This document shows positions 51,260 to 64,000 of a stretch of 64,000 nucleotides of DNA, one piece after another. The DNA comes from Macrostomum hystrix (lineage: Eukaryota; Animalia; Platyhelminthes). The notes below the pieces were generated by a model, which had not been told where the DNA came from, made no database searches, and saw nothing but the letters and a program-made list of their open reading frames with translations. The stretch spans positions 7,006,001 through 7,070,000 of the forward strand of contig CATNEN010000007.1 in NCBI GenBank assembly GCA_950097015.1. The letters are read 5' to 3'. Position 1 is the first letter of the stretch. Each line of letters starts with the position of its first letter. Position numbers and translations under genes: made by a program.

Positions 51260-53801
51260 ATCGAAAGTCAAGCAATCTGCAAAGCCGCCAAGCAAGAAGA
51301 AGCAGCAGCCTAGTGAAGACAAAGCCAAAGGCACTGCTTACAACGACAGGCAGACTCAGCCTACTATAATACGGCAGGTTGAAACTATGGCTGGACCTGT
51401 CATACAAAAAGGAGATGTAATGAAACTAAAGCCTAAGGAGTAAATTAAACTGTACAACAGATCTATTGCTAACACAAGCAAGTCAAGCTTGCAGTCTACA
51501 AAGTGTAATCTTGACCATATTTTGATGCTGTCTGTATTTAATGTTGTCTAATGCAGTTCTCAGGTTACATTAAGTATCAGGAGGCATAATGTAGCAGTAT
51601 CTTTTGAGGGTGCATAAAGTTACAGATGCGTAAGCAGAGAAATATACATTTAATAGGCTATACTCTATTTATGAAACTTTTGTTGCTACTTTGATGCCTA
51701 GGAAGACATTAATCTAGTGTAATGGACTTATGATTAAGGGATTAATAATTTAGAAACAGATCTATATATTGACAGCCATTTCTACAATCACATTTTAGGA
51801 CTTCCAAATTTGAACTATTAATTGATTTGACAGCCCTTTTTGAATTGTGGTTTAATTTTGTGATTCTATTGAATTTTATTATTCAAAATAGTGGCTTAAG
51901 TCTCTATGCAATTAAAGTTTTGATTTTATTGCACCATATTAAAGTGACATTTCTTCTTTACATAATTTATGTTAGATTTTTTGCACTGCATTATTTGTTT
52001 TAATTTTAACTACAGTATTCACATACCTTATATGAATCATGTCTATATGAATTCATACATTCTGCAAATAATTATTTCTTTATTTTCTTTTCCATAGTTA
52101 TTTTAATTTTACCCTAACAGTAGAACTACAAAGCATGCCAAAAAATTGAGCAATGCAAGCATGTGAAACTAAAGAACATGGCCAACTTTTTGTTGCATAT
52201 CTTCTGAAACAAGAATCAAGTTGCTAGCCTTTCAGATCATCAAGATATTTAATGGTTCTGGCAAAAGGTTACATTTTTTCATAAGAGCTAGTGTATTTCA
52301 TATACCCCTATACACAAATTTGCATTGGGACTCTGTGTGGCCTTGTCAGGGCTTCAATCTTTATTAGCATGTCACTTGAAAGTGCCTGCATTATCTCCAA
52401 CTTCAGTGGTCACTGGCTGATCTAGAGTAGAAGCTATTTTATGAATGCTAAATAGACCAAGAATTTGCCATACAAACTTTAAAGATATTTAATTAGGAAT
52501 CGGAACACTTTAAGCTCATTTTAAGTTTCTTAATTGCATATATATGTACGAGTAAATATGTAGCTTTTGTTAAAACTGGGTGCAATTGTTTTGAATTATC
52601 TTTCTGAAAATCTCACTAGGTTAGGATACAAGAACTTGACTTATAATGTGATAGTGCAATATATAGCTATGTGGCGTGGCATAAAAATGCAACATTTGAA
52701 AAAAAAGTATGGGTACCTACTATAGGGGTGTTTTATTCCTTCTTAAGTGAATTTAAGATCTATACTCATACATTTACAATACTACATGTAACTGCATAAA
52801 GTCAACAGCAAAATGGAAATTGAAGATCACCATGATGCACTGTCCATGCCACTCTTTATGATTTAAAAATTGTCATGACACTATCAATGCCACCTAAGTA
52901 GGATTACCAAGCAACATCTAAAAACTTGTTACAATAGGGCCATAGGCCCATAGTCAGGAACACTCTGAGTATATGCCAAAGTAAATCTGGATTTAGAAGA
53001 TCTTGTACACCTTATACACCAGTGACAAATTGCAAAAGAACTAAAGTTACTGCATTTATTTATTGCATACTTCATTGTGACATTTTTAATACTTTGCAAA
53101 AGAAAATTAGTTATTACAAAACAAAATGCAACAATTAACTAAAATCTGATATTTTACTAATCAAAACACAATAAAAAGAAACTTTGTTTACATTTATTGT
53201 GATGTCACATAAGCAAAAAACAATAATATAGAATTTATGTGTCATCTATCTATATATATAAAAGTGAAAACTCTGTCTGTGTGTGTGTGTGCAACCTTTT
53301 GTCTTTATAGACGCCGAAACCGCTCAACCAAATCGCACCAAACTTTGCACATACCTAAAACCACCTACGCTGAGTGCAATAGGCTACTCAAATTCCCGAA
53401 AAATCATTTCCTTCCTGCTCAAAAGTGCAAAAAACTGCTCAAAAATCATCAAAAAAATCACTCAATTCGACATATCGTCGCCCCACTTTGTCATATTTTC
53501 TCCAAATTTGATCCACTTACACTTTACATGTTTTCCAACAATGCTGTCAATTTTGAACATCTCTACTCAATCCAGAGCAAAGCTGCATCATCTCAAAGTG
53601 AGTCACTTTTTGTTTTCTGAGGACAGCCACCCCAACTCCCCTCCGCCACTCTGTGGGCCAAATTTTATTACAGCCACCCCCTCCCTTCCCCGGGCGCCGA
53701 AGCCCCAGACTGTACACTGTATTTCAAGCCGTGAATGTACACAGCCCAAACCCCTAGACTGTCTACTGGCCCCCAAGCAGCACTGAGACTGAGTGCAGTG
53801 A

Positions 53802-54491
53802 GTGCGGTGGCGTCCCAGTGCGCAGGGCTCTCCGGTTGATATTTCTCTCCAGCCAGCCTGGGATAGAAGAAAGAGAGAGGCTGGCGTTGACTGGCTGTCA
53901 GAGAGGGCAATTCTGCGTCCTAGAAATGATGCCGCCAGCGAAATTAACTACCAACTGCTTCAGGAGTTGCCAGGTGCAGTTTTCACCTACAAGTCAATTG
54001 ATACAATGTTGACTGATGACACTGCTGTGGAGTATCCTGTTGAGTTTCTGAACTCTCTAGATCCTCCTGGAACTCCATCGCACAACTTGCAGCTGAAAGT
54101 TGGGGCACCAATTATGCTCCTCCGCAACCTGAATGCACCAAGGCTGTGTAACGGCACCAGACTGATAGTCAGGCGGCTCTTCCCACACGTGATTGAGGCC
54201 ACGATAATGACTGGATCTGGCAGAGGAGAGTCTGTGTTCGTTCCCCGGATTCCAATTATCCCCACGGACCTGCCATTTCAGTTCAAGCGACTGCAGTTCC
54301 CTGTGAGAGTGTGCTTTGCGATGACTATTAACAAGGCTCAGGGACAGTCACTGAAGGTGGCTGGCATCAACCTGGAGACTCCTTGCTTCTCGCATGGGCA
54401 GCTTTATGTCGCCTGCTCCCATGTTGGAACTCCAGCTGGCCTATTCATTTTCGCACCAAGGGGAAGAACGAAGAATGTGGTGCATCCCTAG
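53802..54491 (+). pseudogene. C-terminal fragment of a Helitron RepHel PIF1-like helicase
   Basis: WLSERAILRPRN, YPVEFLNSLDPPGTPSHNLQLKVGAPIMLLRNLNAPRLCNGTRL and QFPVRVCFAMTINKAQGQSL...FSHGQLYVACS. The Rep domain and helicase N-terminus are absent, and the motif VI Arg is replaced by His. Confidence 0.93.
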
Positions 54492-54655
54492 GCCTTGAGG
54501 TGACTCGCAAGCAATTAATAGAAAAGTAGTCACGAATTGACCTTGACCTGTCTAACTCTGAACTCTGAAACAGATTAATTTTGTTTCTTTGACATTGTTA
54601 TTGTTATGCCATGGCTATTTTCCTTATGTATACGCGTGTACATGCATACTGTATA

Positions 54656-54930
54656 CAGAGGCAGATTTAGGGGGGGGCGGGGGCAGTCGCCCCCCCCCCA
54701 AAATTTTAATCATGGGAATAAGATGCCCCCACCAGGGGCGCCAGTCGCAGCACTGGCACCCCTTTTCGGCCGCTGGCGCCCCTTTTTCAGCCGCTGGCTC
54801 CCGTTTTTCAGCCGCTGGCGCCCTTTCTTGGCTCCTGGCGCCCTTTTTCGGCCGCTGGCACCCCCTCTGTGATTCTCATGGCGCTCCCCTGACAGACCGC
54901 CCCAAAACAAAATTCCTGGATCTGCCACTG
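54656..54930. mobile_element. hAT-type MITE nested in the Helitron
   Basis: Imperfect TIRs CAGAGGCAGAT / ATCTGCCACTG. A perfect 8-bp TSD ACTGTATA lies at 54648-54655 and 54931-54938. Confidence 0.88.
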
Positions 54931-57247
54931 ACTGTATAGAGGAGTGGCTAAGAGACATGTTTCTAAAGAAGTAATCAAGAGGGGGCTGTTTGGACAAACT
55001 TTTCACTTATTTTTTACTTAAAACGCCCTTAAACAAACTCTTCATTTTTCATTAATGCAGTAAATAAATAAATGGTGACCTTCACTATAAAGTTAATACA
55101 GAGACGTGAATTGCTTACTGCTTTGCTTTAAATTTCTGCCCCAAAAACAACGGGCAAAAAAAGCTAGTACTTTTATTTATATGTGCTATATCAGTTACCT
55201 TAAAACACAAGGTAAAATTGAAAAGAATTAAAAAGAGTTAAAAAGTGAAAAGAAGTACAAGCTTGCAAAGAAGAAGTACAAAATTTGATTTACAAAGTTG
55301 TGATTTACAAAGTAAAAATTTGAGAATAATTTATACAACTTGAAGTGCACTTTGTCTGTGTATAATTTTCTCGTTTTGGATATTTATAAAAATGTTGGTA
55401 CATAAAATGCACTTATGTACATGCCAATCTTACAGTACAATAGCTTGTATGCCATTATTATATCCTAAAATTTGTGTGCTCATGCTGGATTAATCAGGTG
55501 TAGACCCCATCTTTTGGACTATGGCAATACCAGAGAAATACCACACTATTTTAACTAATAGTATATAAATAAAATAGTGATATTGAGATCCTCAAATCAA
55601 AATAAATTGTGATTCTAAATACTGTTTACTAAGAACTTATAATTTAAGCAAATGACTCATGAGTAGCCTTAAGTGAATATGAATAGTAGATATATTCTAC
55701 TATGCTTTGAAAAAATCCTTTGAAATTATTCTCTGATTTATAATTTTTAAATGGTGTTATTATAAAATTCTAACTCAAACCTTAAAAAGTATATATTAAA
55801 AATGCAATATTTTATAAAATAAAATAATTAATGTTTATGCGTGTTTTTGTTTTCGGGTCAACTGACCACTATTTTAAACTCGTGCTCGCTTTTCTCCGGG
55901 TTCTGCTTAACTCAACTAAAGGGGAATTTCTGTCCGAAAGTATAGTTAATGAAATTAATTCCTTCAAACGAGAAACTTTTTTCTGTTTATTTTGGGCGTG
56001 TAAGTGTTTCTTGAACTGCTTATTGTGATTATTTAGATAAGCTACTCAAATCACTATTACTTCGTATTTCAGGTGGACTAAGGATTCGGCCTTATAGCGT
56101 TACATTATGATTAACCTATACGGCTTCTACTACAAGCTTGGACACGGACAATTGAACTGTTATATATGTATATTTATTTAAGTACTCCGTGATTGTGGTA
56201 CCTAGCTGTGATACGTAACATTAAGTTAAATGTCACTTTTAACCATACAAACAGTTACCGTAGCTGCAACTAAACAAACGTAACCTATAAGTTCGTAGAC
56301 TTAATTGACTTTCGCAACTTTGGTCCTAATTTACTTGTTTAATTTCGCAAGAAAGAGAACTTTTAAAAGAAACTGCACTCGACAAGAATGAGAGTTCATG
56401 TACTCAAAATTACGCATTTTGACACGAAAATGGGAAGCAAACTGATTTTGAATTTCCACAGACAAACTGGATGAAAAACAAAATTATAACAACTGTTATA
56501 TTTATAGGCACTGATTGTAGTTGCAATAAATAATATAGGCGTTCGGACAGGTACTGTCATGTACCAACCTGCCATCGTAGCAATGGCATGCATTGCCTTC
56601 AGAAAAAAACATTTAATAGACATGAATGATTAATAGGTCTGAGTCTAACAGCTTGGTCAGGATATCTATAAGCGCGTAATATTATTGATATTTATCTGAG
56701 TGGCACTGACTAAACAGGTGAAAAATCTGCGTCACCAGACCATTCCAACAGGTGATAAAAGTTGCCTCGCTAATTCCAACAGGTAATACTCTGCATTCAA
56801 GAATGGGGCGGGCGTACTAACCCATCTAGGACTAAAGCGGCAGAACTCCACTACAGAGGGCACTTCATTATGATTAACCAATAGCAGCAGCGATAATATA
56901 GCTATTGCGAAAAACCAAGTCTGGGATGGTGCAAGTGTTAAATGCCGCAATAAATAAATGACCAAAACACTAAAAAACAAGTGAATAATGAAACACATGC
57001 GAATCGGCGGATATGTCAGCTTTTCATTTCCTTCCTTCTGGCTAACATTCAAGGTAACAGATGGATCTGGCTGTAACACGAACTGACTGCTCATCAGCTC
57101 ATGGACTGAAAATGTGGCCCGACTAGGTGAAACTTCTATTTCAATCTCTATCTACAAAATGGACTTAAGTGAAACAGCTGAGTATAGCTTGAAATATTAC
57201 CCCAGATTGCGATGTGGTCTGAGCTGGTCAGTCCGAGCTCAAGGCAA

Positions 57248-60200
57248 TCAGTCACAGGTGGACTTTCTCAGCTGGCAGGGACTGCAGACAACCCGAAAGG
57301 GGTTCTCGAGTAGCCGGCAGGTCTTGTGCTCGCACTCAGGGTGGTCGCCGGGATAGGTATAATTAGCGGTGCTGTGGGACCTGCCGCAGCACATCACGCT
57401 GCAAAGGATTTCCCGGCGCCGCTCGCCGCTGCCGCTACGCAACAGCCGGTTGGCCTTCGGGCTGTCGTCTGGGAGGCACTCGCTGCGGTTGAAAACGATT
57501 GGCATGAACTGGGTTTGCATATACTACTACTTGTAATTAGTAGTGTTTGCGAGTGTGTTCGGGCGAATAATGCGGTTTGATTGTTTGAGTTTGGTGGAGG
57601 TATCAGAAGAGTAGATTCGGTGTCAGGAGAGCGTCTGGAGTGTCAGAGGAGTAGATGCGGTGTCAGGAGAGTATCTGGGGTGTCAGAAGAGTAGATGCGG
57701 AGTCAAGAGAGTAGATGAAGTTTCAGAGGTGTAGATGCGGTGTCAGGAGAGCATCTGGGGTGTCAGGAGAGTAGATGAGGTGTCAGGAGAGCATCTGGGG
57801 TGTCAGGAGAGTAGATGAGGTGTCAGGAGAGCATCTGGGGTGTCAGGAGAGTAGATGAGGTGTCAGGAGAGCATCTGGGGTGTCAGGAGAGTATCTGGGG
57901 TCACAGGAGAGGAATTGCCGCAAGGCTGGGGTTGTCAGATCAGCGGGTGTGCAATTAGCAGTAGCTTGGAGGTATTTGAGCTATCAGGACAATACCCAAT
58001 CAATAGTGAACTGCCCATTAATACTGATCGGCTTTCGATGCCATTCCTCGCACTCATCCAGCCTCAGGGCCCGATCAAAGTTATTTTATCGGGCCCTGAG
58101 AAATTAAGCCAGTATTTCGCAGCACCTCTTGCGTTGTTTCCATCTTCGTCTTTTCACCTCCCCTTATCACCTGCAGTTATTCAATGCGCAGGTAGCTTCA
58201 GGTAGCTACAGCCGATCTGCCTATTTCGCAGTTGCATTATTTGATCCCAACACTAACAACAGGCGGGATGGGGATTCCCAAGTCCCAACTTTGCCTCCAC
58301 TCGGTTTGCATCATCAACAAGCGAAACACGGCACTTAAGCATGATTCCGCGGCCTACTTTACACCGCGCTTCGGTGGAGAAATTTGCGTGCTGCGCGCGA
58401 AGCGTTAAGAAACTTTATGAACTGTTAGGGAGTATTCTTCCATTTCGCTCCCCCAGCCCTTATGTCCCAGTGTGCGGTGGCGGCTGCAAGGGGCGGCAGT
58501 TTACGACTCTGGAGCCCCCAGGACTGGGTTGGGTCTTTGGAGCATTAAAACTGTTTGCAGTAGTCGTAAACGCAAGCTAGCGAACAAAGTCGCGAACTAA
58601 TGCCTTGCTGCTTGGCTACTATGATCCTATTTCTGCCTCTGTGTGTCTCTTAGAAGACAGCATCTGGTCGAGGTGGCGGGCGACGGAAATGGCAAGTGGA
58701 AAACGATATTGCTTTAAGCCGGAGTGGCGAATCGCCATTCCTTAAGTATGAGACGAAAGCGCGGGATTTAGTGCGCATCATTCCATAAAGCGATTGTTGA
58801 TAATTTTATCCAGTAGTCTCTTATGTCTGGATGGCGGTGTCAGGTTTCCAGCTAGGCTTGTCCGTCACTGTCATCGCAACTGAGTTTTTACTGGCTGTAC
58901 TGATATTGGAGTACGAAACCCTTAGAAACCTACAGCAACTGCTAATGCGTCTGAAAGCAGGAAAACACAACCGCTTCCTATTTAGCTATGACTCTCATTG
59001 TAGGACAATCGGTCCAATTTAACACGGCTCCAACAAACCTTGTTACGCACAACATGGAGGACATAACTGCTCCCAACAGGACAGCACCTCAAACACAGAC
59101 CTGCCACTAGGACAACACCTCCAGGACAGCACCTCATACACAGCCCTGCCTCCAGGACAGCACCTCAAACACAGACCTGCCACTAGGACAACACCTCCAG
59201 GACAGCACCTCATACACAGCCCTGCCTCCAGGACAGCACCTCAAACACAGACCTGCCACTAGGACAACACCTCCAGGACAGCACCTCAAACACAGACCTG
59301 CCACTAGGACGACACCTCCAGGACAGCACCTCAAACACAGACCTGCCACTAGGATAACACCTCCAGGACAGCACCTCAAACACAGACCTGCCACTAGGAC
59401 AACACCTCCAGGACAGAACCTCAAACACAGACCTGCCACTAGGACAACACCTCATACACAGACCTGCCTCCAGGACAGAACCTCAAACACAGACCTGCCA
59501 CTAGGACAACACCTCCAGGACAGCACCTCAAACACAGCCCTGCCTCCAGGACAGCACCTCAAACACAGGGCAGCACCTATAACAGAACCCTTCCTTAAAA
59601 GAAGCTCAGAGCGGTACTTACCGTCCGGCAGTTCCAGGAAAGCGTTCCTCCCTGATGGCGCAATAGTCCAGCGAGTGCTCGTTAAATAGCAGGGCGTCGT
59701 CCGTCGGCAGGCCGGGCACAACTTTGAACACCTCGCAGGCCGGCTCAGCTCGCAGCGGATTCGGTAGCCGGTCGGCATCCGAGCAAGGCTCCTCGTAGCC
59801 CCGGTAGCCAGTCTCGTCGAATATGGTGCGGCGCAGTTTCTGAGATGGAAATTATCATTGTGCTGAGTTGGCATAAGAGTTAACTTGAGCACGCTTTGAT
59901 GAATGCCCGAAACTGCCCCTAATACTAATTTCCGAATCCTTCTTACCGAGCCCGGAGCTGTGCTCACCCTGTCATACAACTCCAGCAGCAGCTCCAGCGG
60001 ATCGATTTGGGAGCGCCTAATAATGGCTGAATCCAGCAGCTGGCGATTGCGCTTGTACAGGACCAGGTGGCAGGTGCGCAGGGAGCAGGACGCGCTGGGG
60101 CCGTGGCATTTGCACTGCACGGCCTCGCTGTATCGAGCTGCCCGAATGCCCACTCGATAGTTAAAGCCGTTCACCATGTTCACGAATTCCTCGTACATGC

Positions 60201-61923
60201 GAGGCACTGGAGTGGCGGACACTCGGTCTACAGATGTCTGCCGCTCAGGCTTCTGTCTCTTCCTCTTCCGGCCGTTCGGCCGGCGCTTCCGGCTCCCGGT
60301 GCCGGCAGACAGAAAGCGGCGGGCGAGTCGCTGCGCGGCCCGCAGGTTGGCGTGACAGCCGTCGAAGGTGAACTGAGTCTCCGGGTGCCGGGCCGCCACC
60401 CAGTCCGGCTGGGAGCCGCAGCTGCAGCTCGGCGATAGGCCGCGGGAGCAGTCGATGGCCAGCGACGTGGACAGAGTCAAACCGGAGAGAGCGTGCACCA
60501 GCGCCTGCTCGGCTGTCACTGGAGGCGGAAATCCGGGCTCACTTCAGACTCAAACACAAAACCCATGAGATTCAGTACAGCTAAACCTTGAGATTCAGTT
60601 CAGTCAAACCTTGAGATTCAGTACAGTCAAAGCTTCAGATTCAGTTCAGTCAAACCTTGAGATTCAGTTCAGTCAAACCTTGAGATTCGGTTCAGTCAAA
60701 CCTTGAGATTCAATTCATTCAAAACTTGAGATTCAGTTCAGTCAAACCTTGAGATTCAATTCATTCAAACCTTGAGATTCAGTTCATTCAAACCTTGAGA
60801 TTCAGTTCATTCAAACCTTGAGATTCAGTACAGTCAAACCTTGAGATTCAGTACAGTCAGACCTTGAGATTCAGTTCAGTCAAACCTTGAGATTCAGTTC
60901 AGTCAAACCTTGAGATTCAGTACAGTCAAACCTTGAGATTCAGTTCAGTCAAACCTTGAGATTCAGCTCAGTCAAACCTTGAGATTCAATTCATTCAAAC
61001 CTTGAGATTCAGCTCAGTCAAACCTTGAGATTCAGTTCAGTCAAACCTTGAGATTCAATTCATTCAAAACTTGAGATTCAGTTCAGTCAAACCTTGAGAT
61101 TCAATTCATTCAAACCTTGAGATTCAGTTCATTCAAACCTTGAGATTCAGTTCATTCAAACCTTGAGATTCAGTACAGTCAAACCTTGAGATTCAGTACA
61201 GTCAGACCTTGAGATTCAGTTCAGTCAAACCTTGAGATTCAGTTCAGTCAAACCTTGAGATTCAGTACAGTCAAACCTTGAGATTCAGTTCAGTCAAACC
61301 TTGAGATTCAGTTCAGTCAAACCTTGAGATTAAATTCATTTAAACCTTGAGATTCAGTTCAGTCAAACCTTGAGATTCAGCTCAGTCAAACCTTGAGATT
61401 CAGCTCAGTCAAACCTTGAGATTCAGTTCAGTCAAACCTTGAGATTCAGTTCAGTCAAACCTTGAGATTCAATTCATTCAAACCTTGAGATTCAGCTCAG
61501 TCAAACCTTGAGATTCAGTTCAGTCAAACCTTGAGATTCAGTTCAGTCAAACCTTGAGATTCAGTTCAGTCAAACCTTGAGATTCAGTTCAGTCAAACCT
61601 TGAGATTCAGTACAGTCAAACCTTGAGATTCAGTACCATCGAACTGGGATTCTGCCAGCCTTGAGCACTCACGTGACCGCAGTTCCGGCGCCAGGTCTGG
61701 CACGCTCTTCAGCACCTGGCAGTTCCAGCGGTAGTTGCGGAACTTGGACTCGCAGTTCTCGATGGTCATCTTGGCGGCGCGGATGATCGCCGAGACGGTG
61801 GCGTGGCCGCTGCTGCGGCAGAATTTCGCCTGCCGCCGGTTGAGCACCCCGGTGCGACGCTGGCTGTGACAGAACCGGCTGACGGAGTCGCTCGGCGACA
61901 GCTGGCCGCTGCTGTGCAGCCCG
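57248..61923 (-). CDS. Wnt ligand, divergent, most like Wnt11; signal-peptide exon not identified
   Basis: Exons 61923..61673, 60518..59947, 59839..59622 and 57482..57248 join in frame. Motifs: CESKFRNYRWNC, LTAEQALVHALS, CSRGLSPSCSC, CKCHGPSASCSLRTC, LLFNEHSLDYC, GTAGREC, CSVMCCGRSH. Confidence 0.92.
57598..57910. repeat. Intronic 20-bp repeat with alternating variants (GTCAGGAGAGTAGATGAGGT / GTCAGGAGAGCATCTGGGGT)
   Basis: Directly visible. Confidence 0.88.
59078..59578. repeat. Intronic 45-bp repeat with 31-bp variant units (CAGGACAGCACCTCAAACACAG...)
   Basis: Directly visible. Confidence 0.9.
60567..61636. repeat. Intronic 23-bp minisatellite AAACCTTGAGATTCAGTTCAGTC
   Basis: Directly visible. 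It fills almost the whole Wnt intron. Confidence 0.96.
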
Positions 61924-62104
61924 CTGACGGCGTGGAGAAAGTTGGGTAGAATGCGGCATGGATTTCGACTGCACAAGTATGATAGACCAATTCTTCTGGT
62001 GTGCCTGACATTCAGATCGTGGGCTGAGAGCTCAGAGTACAATAGTACTCCAAAACATAAATACAGAGACAGGGAAACAATTGGAGAACTCAAATCAATG
62101 CGAG

Positions 62105-62850
62105 TTTGATGGAGAGCAGATTGATGGAGAGAGAGGGAGATTGGTGGAGAGTGAGTAGATTGGTGGAGAGAGAGGAGATTGTTGGAGAGAGAGGAGATTG
62201 GTGGAGAGAGAGGAGATTGATGGAGAGAGAGGGAGATTGGTGGAGAGAGAGGGAGATTGATGGAGAGAGAGGAGATTGATGGAGAGAGAGGAGATTGATT
62301 GAGAGAGAGGGAGATTGATGGAGAGAGAGATTGACTGAGAAAGAGAGAGAGGGAGATTGATGGAGAGAGGGGAGATTGATGGAGACAGAGAGAGGGAGAT
62401 TGATGGAGAGAGAGGGAGATTGATGGAGAGAGAGGGAGATTGATGGAGAGAGAGGGAGATTGGTGGAGAGAGAGGGAGATTGATGGAGAGAGAGGAGATT
62501 GATGGAGAGAGAGGAGATTGATGGAGAGAGAGGAGATTGATTGAGAGAGAGGGAGATTGATGGAGAGAGAGATTGACTGAGAAAGAGAGAGAGGGAGATT
62601 GATGGAGAGAGGGGAGATTGATGGAGACAGAGAGAGGGAGATTGATGGAGAGAGAGGGAGATTGATGGAGAACGAGAGGGAGAGAGAGGGAGATTGATGG
62701 AGAGAGGGGAGATTGATGGAGACAGAGAGAGGGAGATTGATGGAGAGAGAGGGAGATTGATGGAGAACGAGAGGGAGATTGATGGAGAGAGAGATTGACT
62801 GAGAAAGAGAGAGAGGGAGATTGATGGAGAGAGGGGGAGATTGATGGAGA
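62105..62850. repeat. GA-rich repeat of about 20 bp (GAGAGAGGGAGATTGATGGA)
   Basis: Directly visible. Confidence 0.93.
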
Positions 62851-63526
62851 CAATAAGAAATTATTCGAGACCTTTGCTTTAGAATATCTGCAACATACTC
62901 CCAAAACCAAGATCAGCATTATACTGAACTCAAAGGCCCTGAATGCAAATTCCTTGGTGATTAAGGTTGTCAAGAATTTCACCTTGAATTTCAACACGCA
63001 GCTGCTAGCGGGTTAAGCAAGTACGTAAAATATTAAAATAAGTTTATCTATATGTGAGCACACAGCTCAACAAGCGAGTTGCTAAGTGTGCTCGTAAATA
63101 GACTGTAAAAATCTGCATTTTTAGTGGCAAATCTCGACAAACGACATTGGACAATGGACAAATGCTCATTTGGCAATAAACTAACTTTATGCGAGTAGTT
63201 TGCGCTGCTGCGGTTGCTTTATTTCTAGCCATAAACTGAGAAACTCATTCGCGGTAGACCCGATGAAATTGGAGACAAGTTTCAGCAGCCTGTGATGAAG
63301 CGATAAACATTAGAATGAATTCTCAGAAATTCTCTTAACTTGAGAGCAACTCGAAACAATGCTTGCAAAGCTTATAGTTTTTGGTTTTTACGTATGTCAA
63401 AATAATTTTTATTGAATAGATTCCAATAAATTATGAATCAGTTAGTTTTAATGAAACTGAAAGTTAAAGTGCCTGATGGAGGATGAAAAGTAGTTTCGGA
63501 GAGGGACAGATGTGCAGGGGAAATGC

Positions 63527-64000
63527 TGAGAGAGAGAGGCAGAGGCAGAGGAAGAGGCAGAGGCAGAGGCAGAGGAAGAGGCAGAGGCAGAGGCAGAGGC
63601 AGAGGCAGAGGGAGAGGCAGAGGCAGAGGGAGAGGGAGAGGCAGAGGAAGAGGCAGAGGGAGAGGCAGAGGGAGAGGGAGAGGGAGAGGCAGAGGAAGAG
63701 GCAGAGGGAGAGGCAGATGCAGAGGAAGAGGCAGAGGAAGAGGCAGAGGCAGAGGCAGAGGGAGAGAGAGAGGCAGAGGGAGAGGGAGAGGGAGAGGGAG
63801 AGGCAGAGGGAGAGAGAGAGGCAGAGGGAGAGGGAGAGGGAGAGGTAGAGAAAGAGGGAGAGGAAGAGGCAGAGGGAGAGGGAGAGGGAAAGGCAGAGGG
63901 AGAGGAAGAGGGAGAGGAAGAGGGAGAGGGAGAGGGAGAGGTAGAGGCAGAGGCAGAGGTAGAGGGAGAGGGAGAGGCAGAGGGCGAGGGAGAGGGAGAG
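63527..64000. repeat. Purine-rich hexamer microsatellite (GAGGCA/GAGGGA)n running off the window
   Basis: Directly visible. Confidence 0.93.

Larger units (their letters stand above)
53245..55167 (+). mobile_element. Non-autonomous Helitron, about 1.9 kb
   Basis: 5' end A|TCTATCTATATATATAAA followed by a (TG)n tract. 3' hairpin TGCCC...GGGCA followed by CTAG|T at 55164-55168. It contains a PIF1 helicase fragment. Confidence 0.85.

Noticed and set aside
61924-62093. Hydrophobic in-frame extension of the Wnt exon as a signal peptide
   Set aside because: It starts at TTG with no ATG, and a good phase-2 acceptor exists at 61924. The true first exon was not identified.
62095-63848. The 300-aa Ser/Leu/Pro ORF and the 121-aa RQ/RE ORF
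   Set aside because: They are translations of simple repeats.

Overview
Eukaryotic invertebrate genomic DNA with GC-rich exons, AT-rich introns and about 20 kb of minisatellite. The style and gene set suggest a free-living flatworm such as Macrostomum; this is inference, not proven. Spliced models were built by hand from GT..AG junctions that keep the frame. Genes: innexin 3' part; intronless AP-2 sigma; a short TRAF (coiled coil + MATH); a CCDC190-like gene; a co-oriented minus-strand trio ERK5/MAPK7 -> PIH1D2 -> NICN1; an unknown zinc-finger/RRM-like gene; an unknown minus-strand gene; PROSER3; and a divergent Wnt11-like gene. Mobile DNA: a foldback element with a 9-bp TSD carrying a PHD-finger exon; a deleted IS630/Tc1 element; a non-autonomous Helitron with a PIF1 fragment and a nested hAT MITE; and a decayed tyrosine recombinase not visible in the ORF track. 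Strongest leads: (1) NICN1 and the zinc-finger gene begin at a phase-0 splice acceptor with no genomic ATG, consistent with a spliced leader donating the start codon; (2) the trio may be a ciliary operon, with RFX X-boxes embedded in coding exons; (3) ERK5 has a TIY activation motif instead of TEY. Family assignments come from recalled motifs, not database searches.
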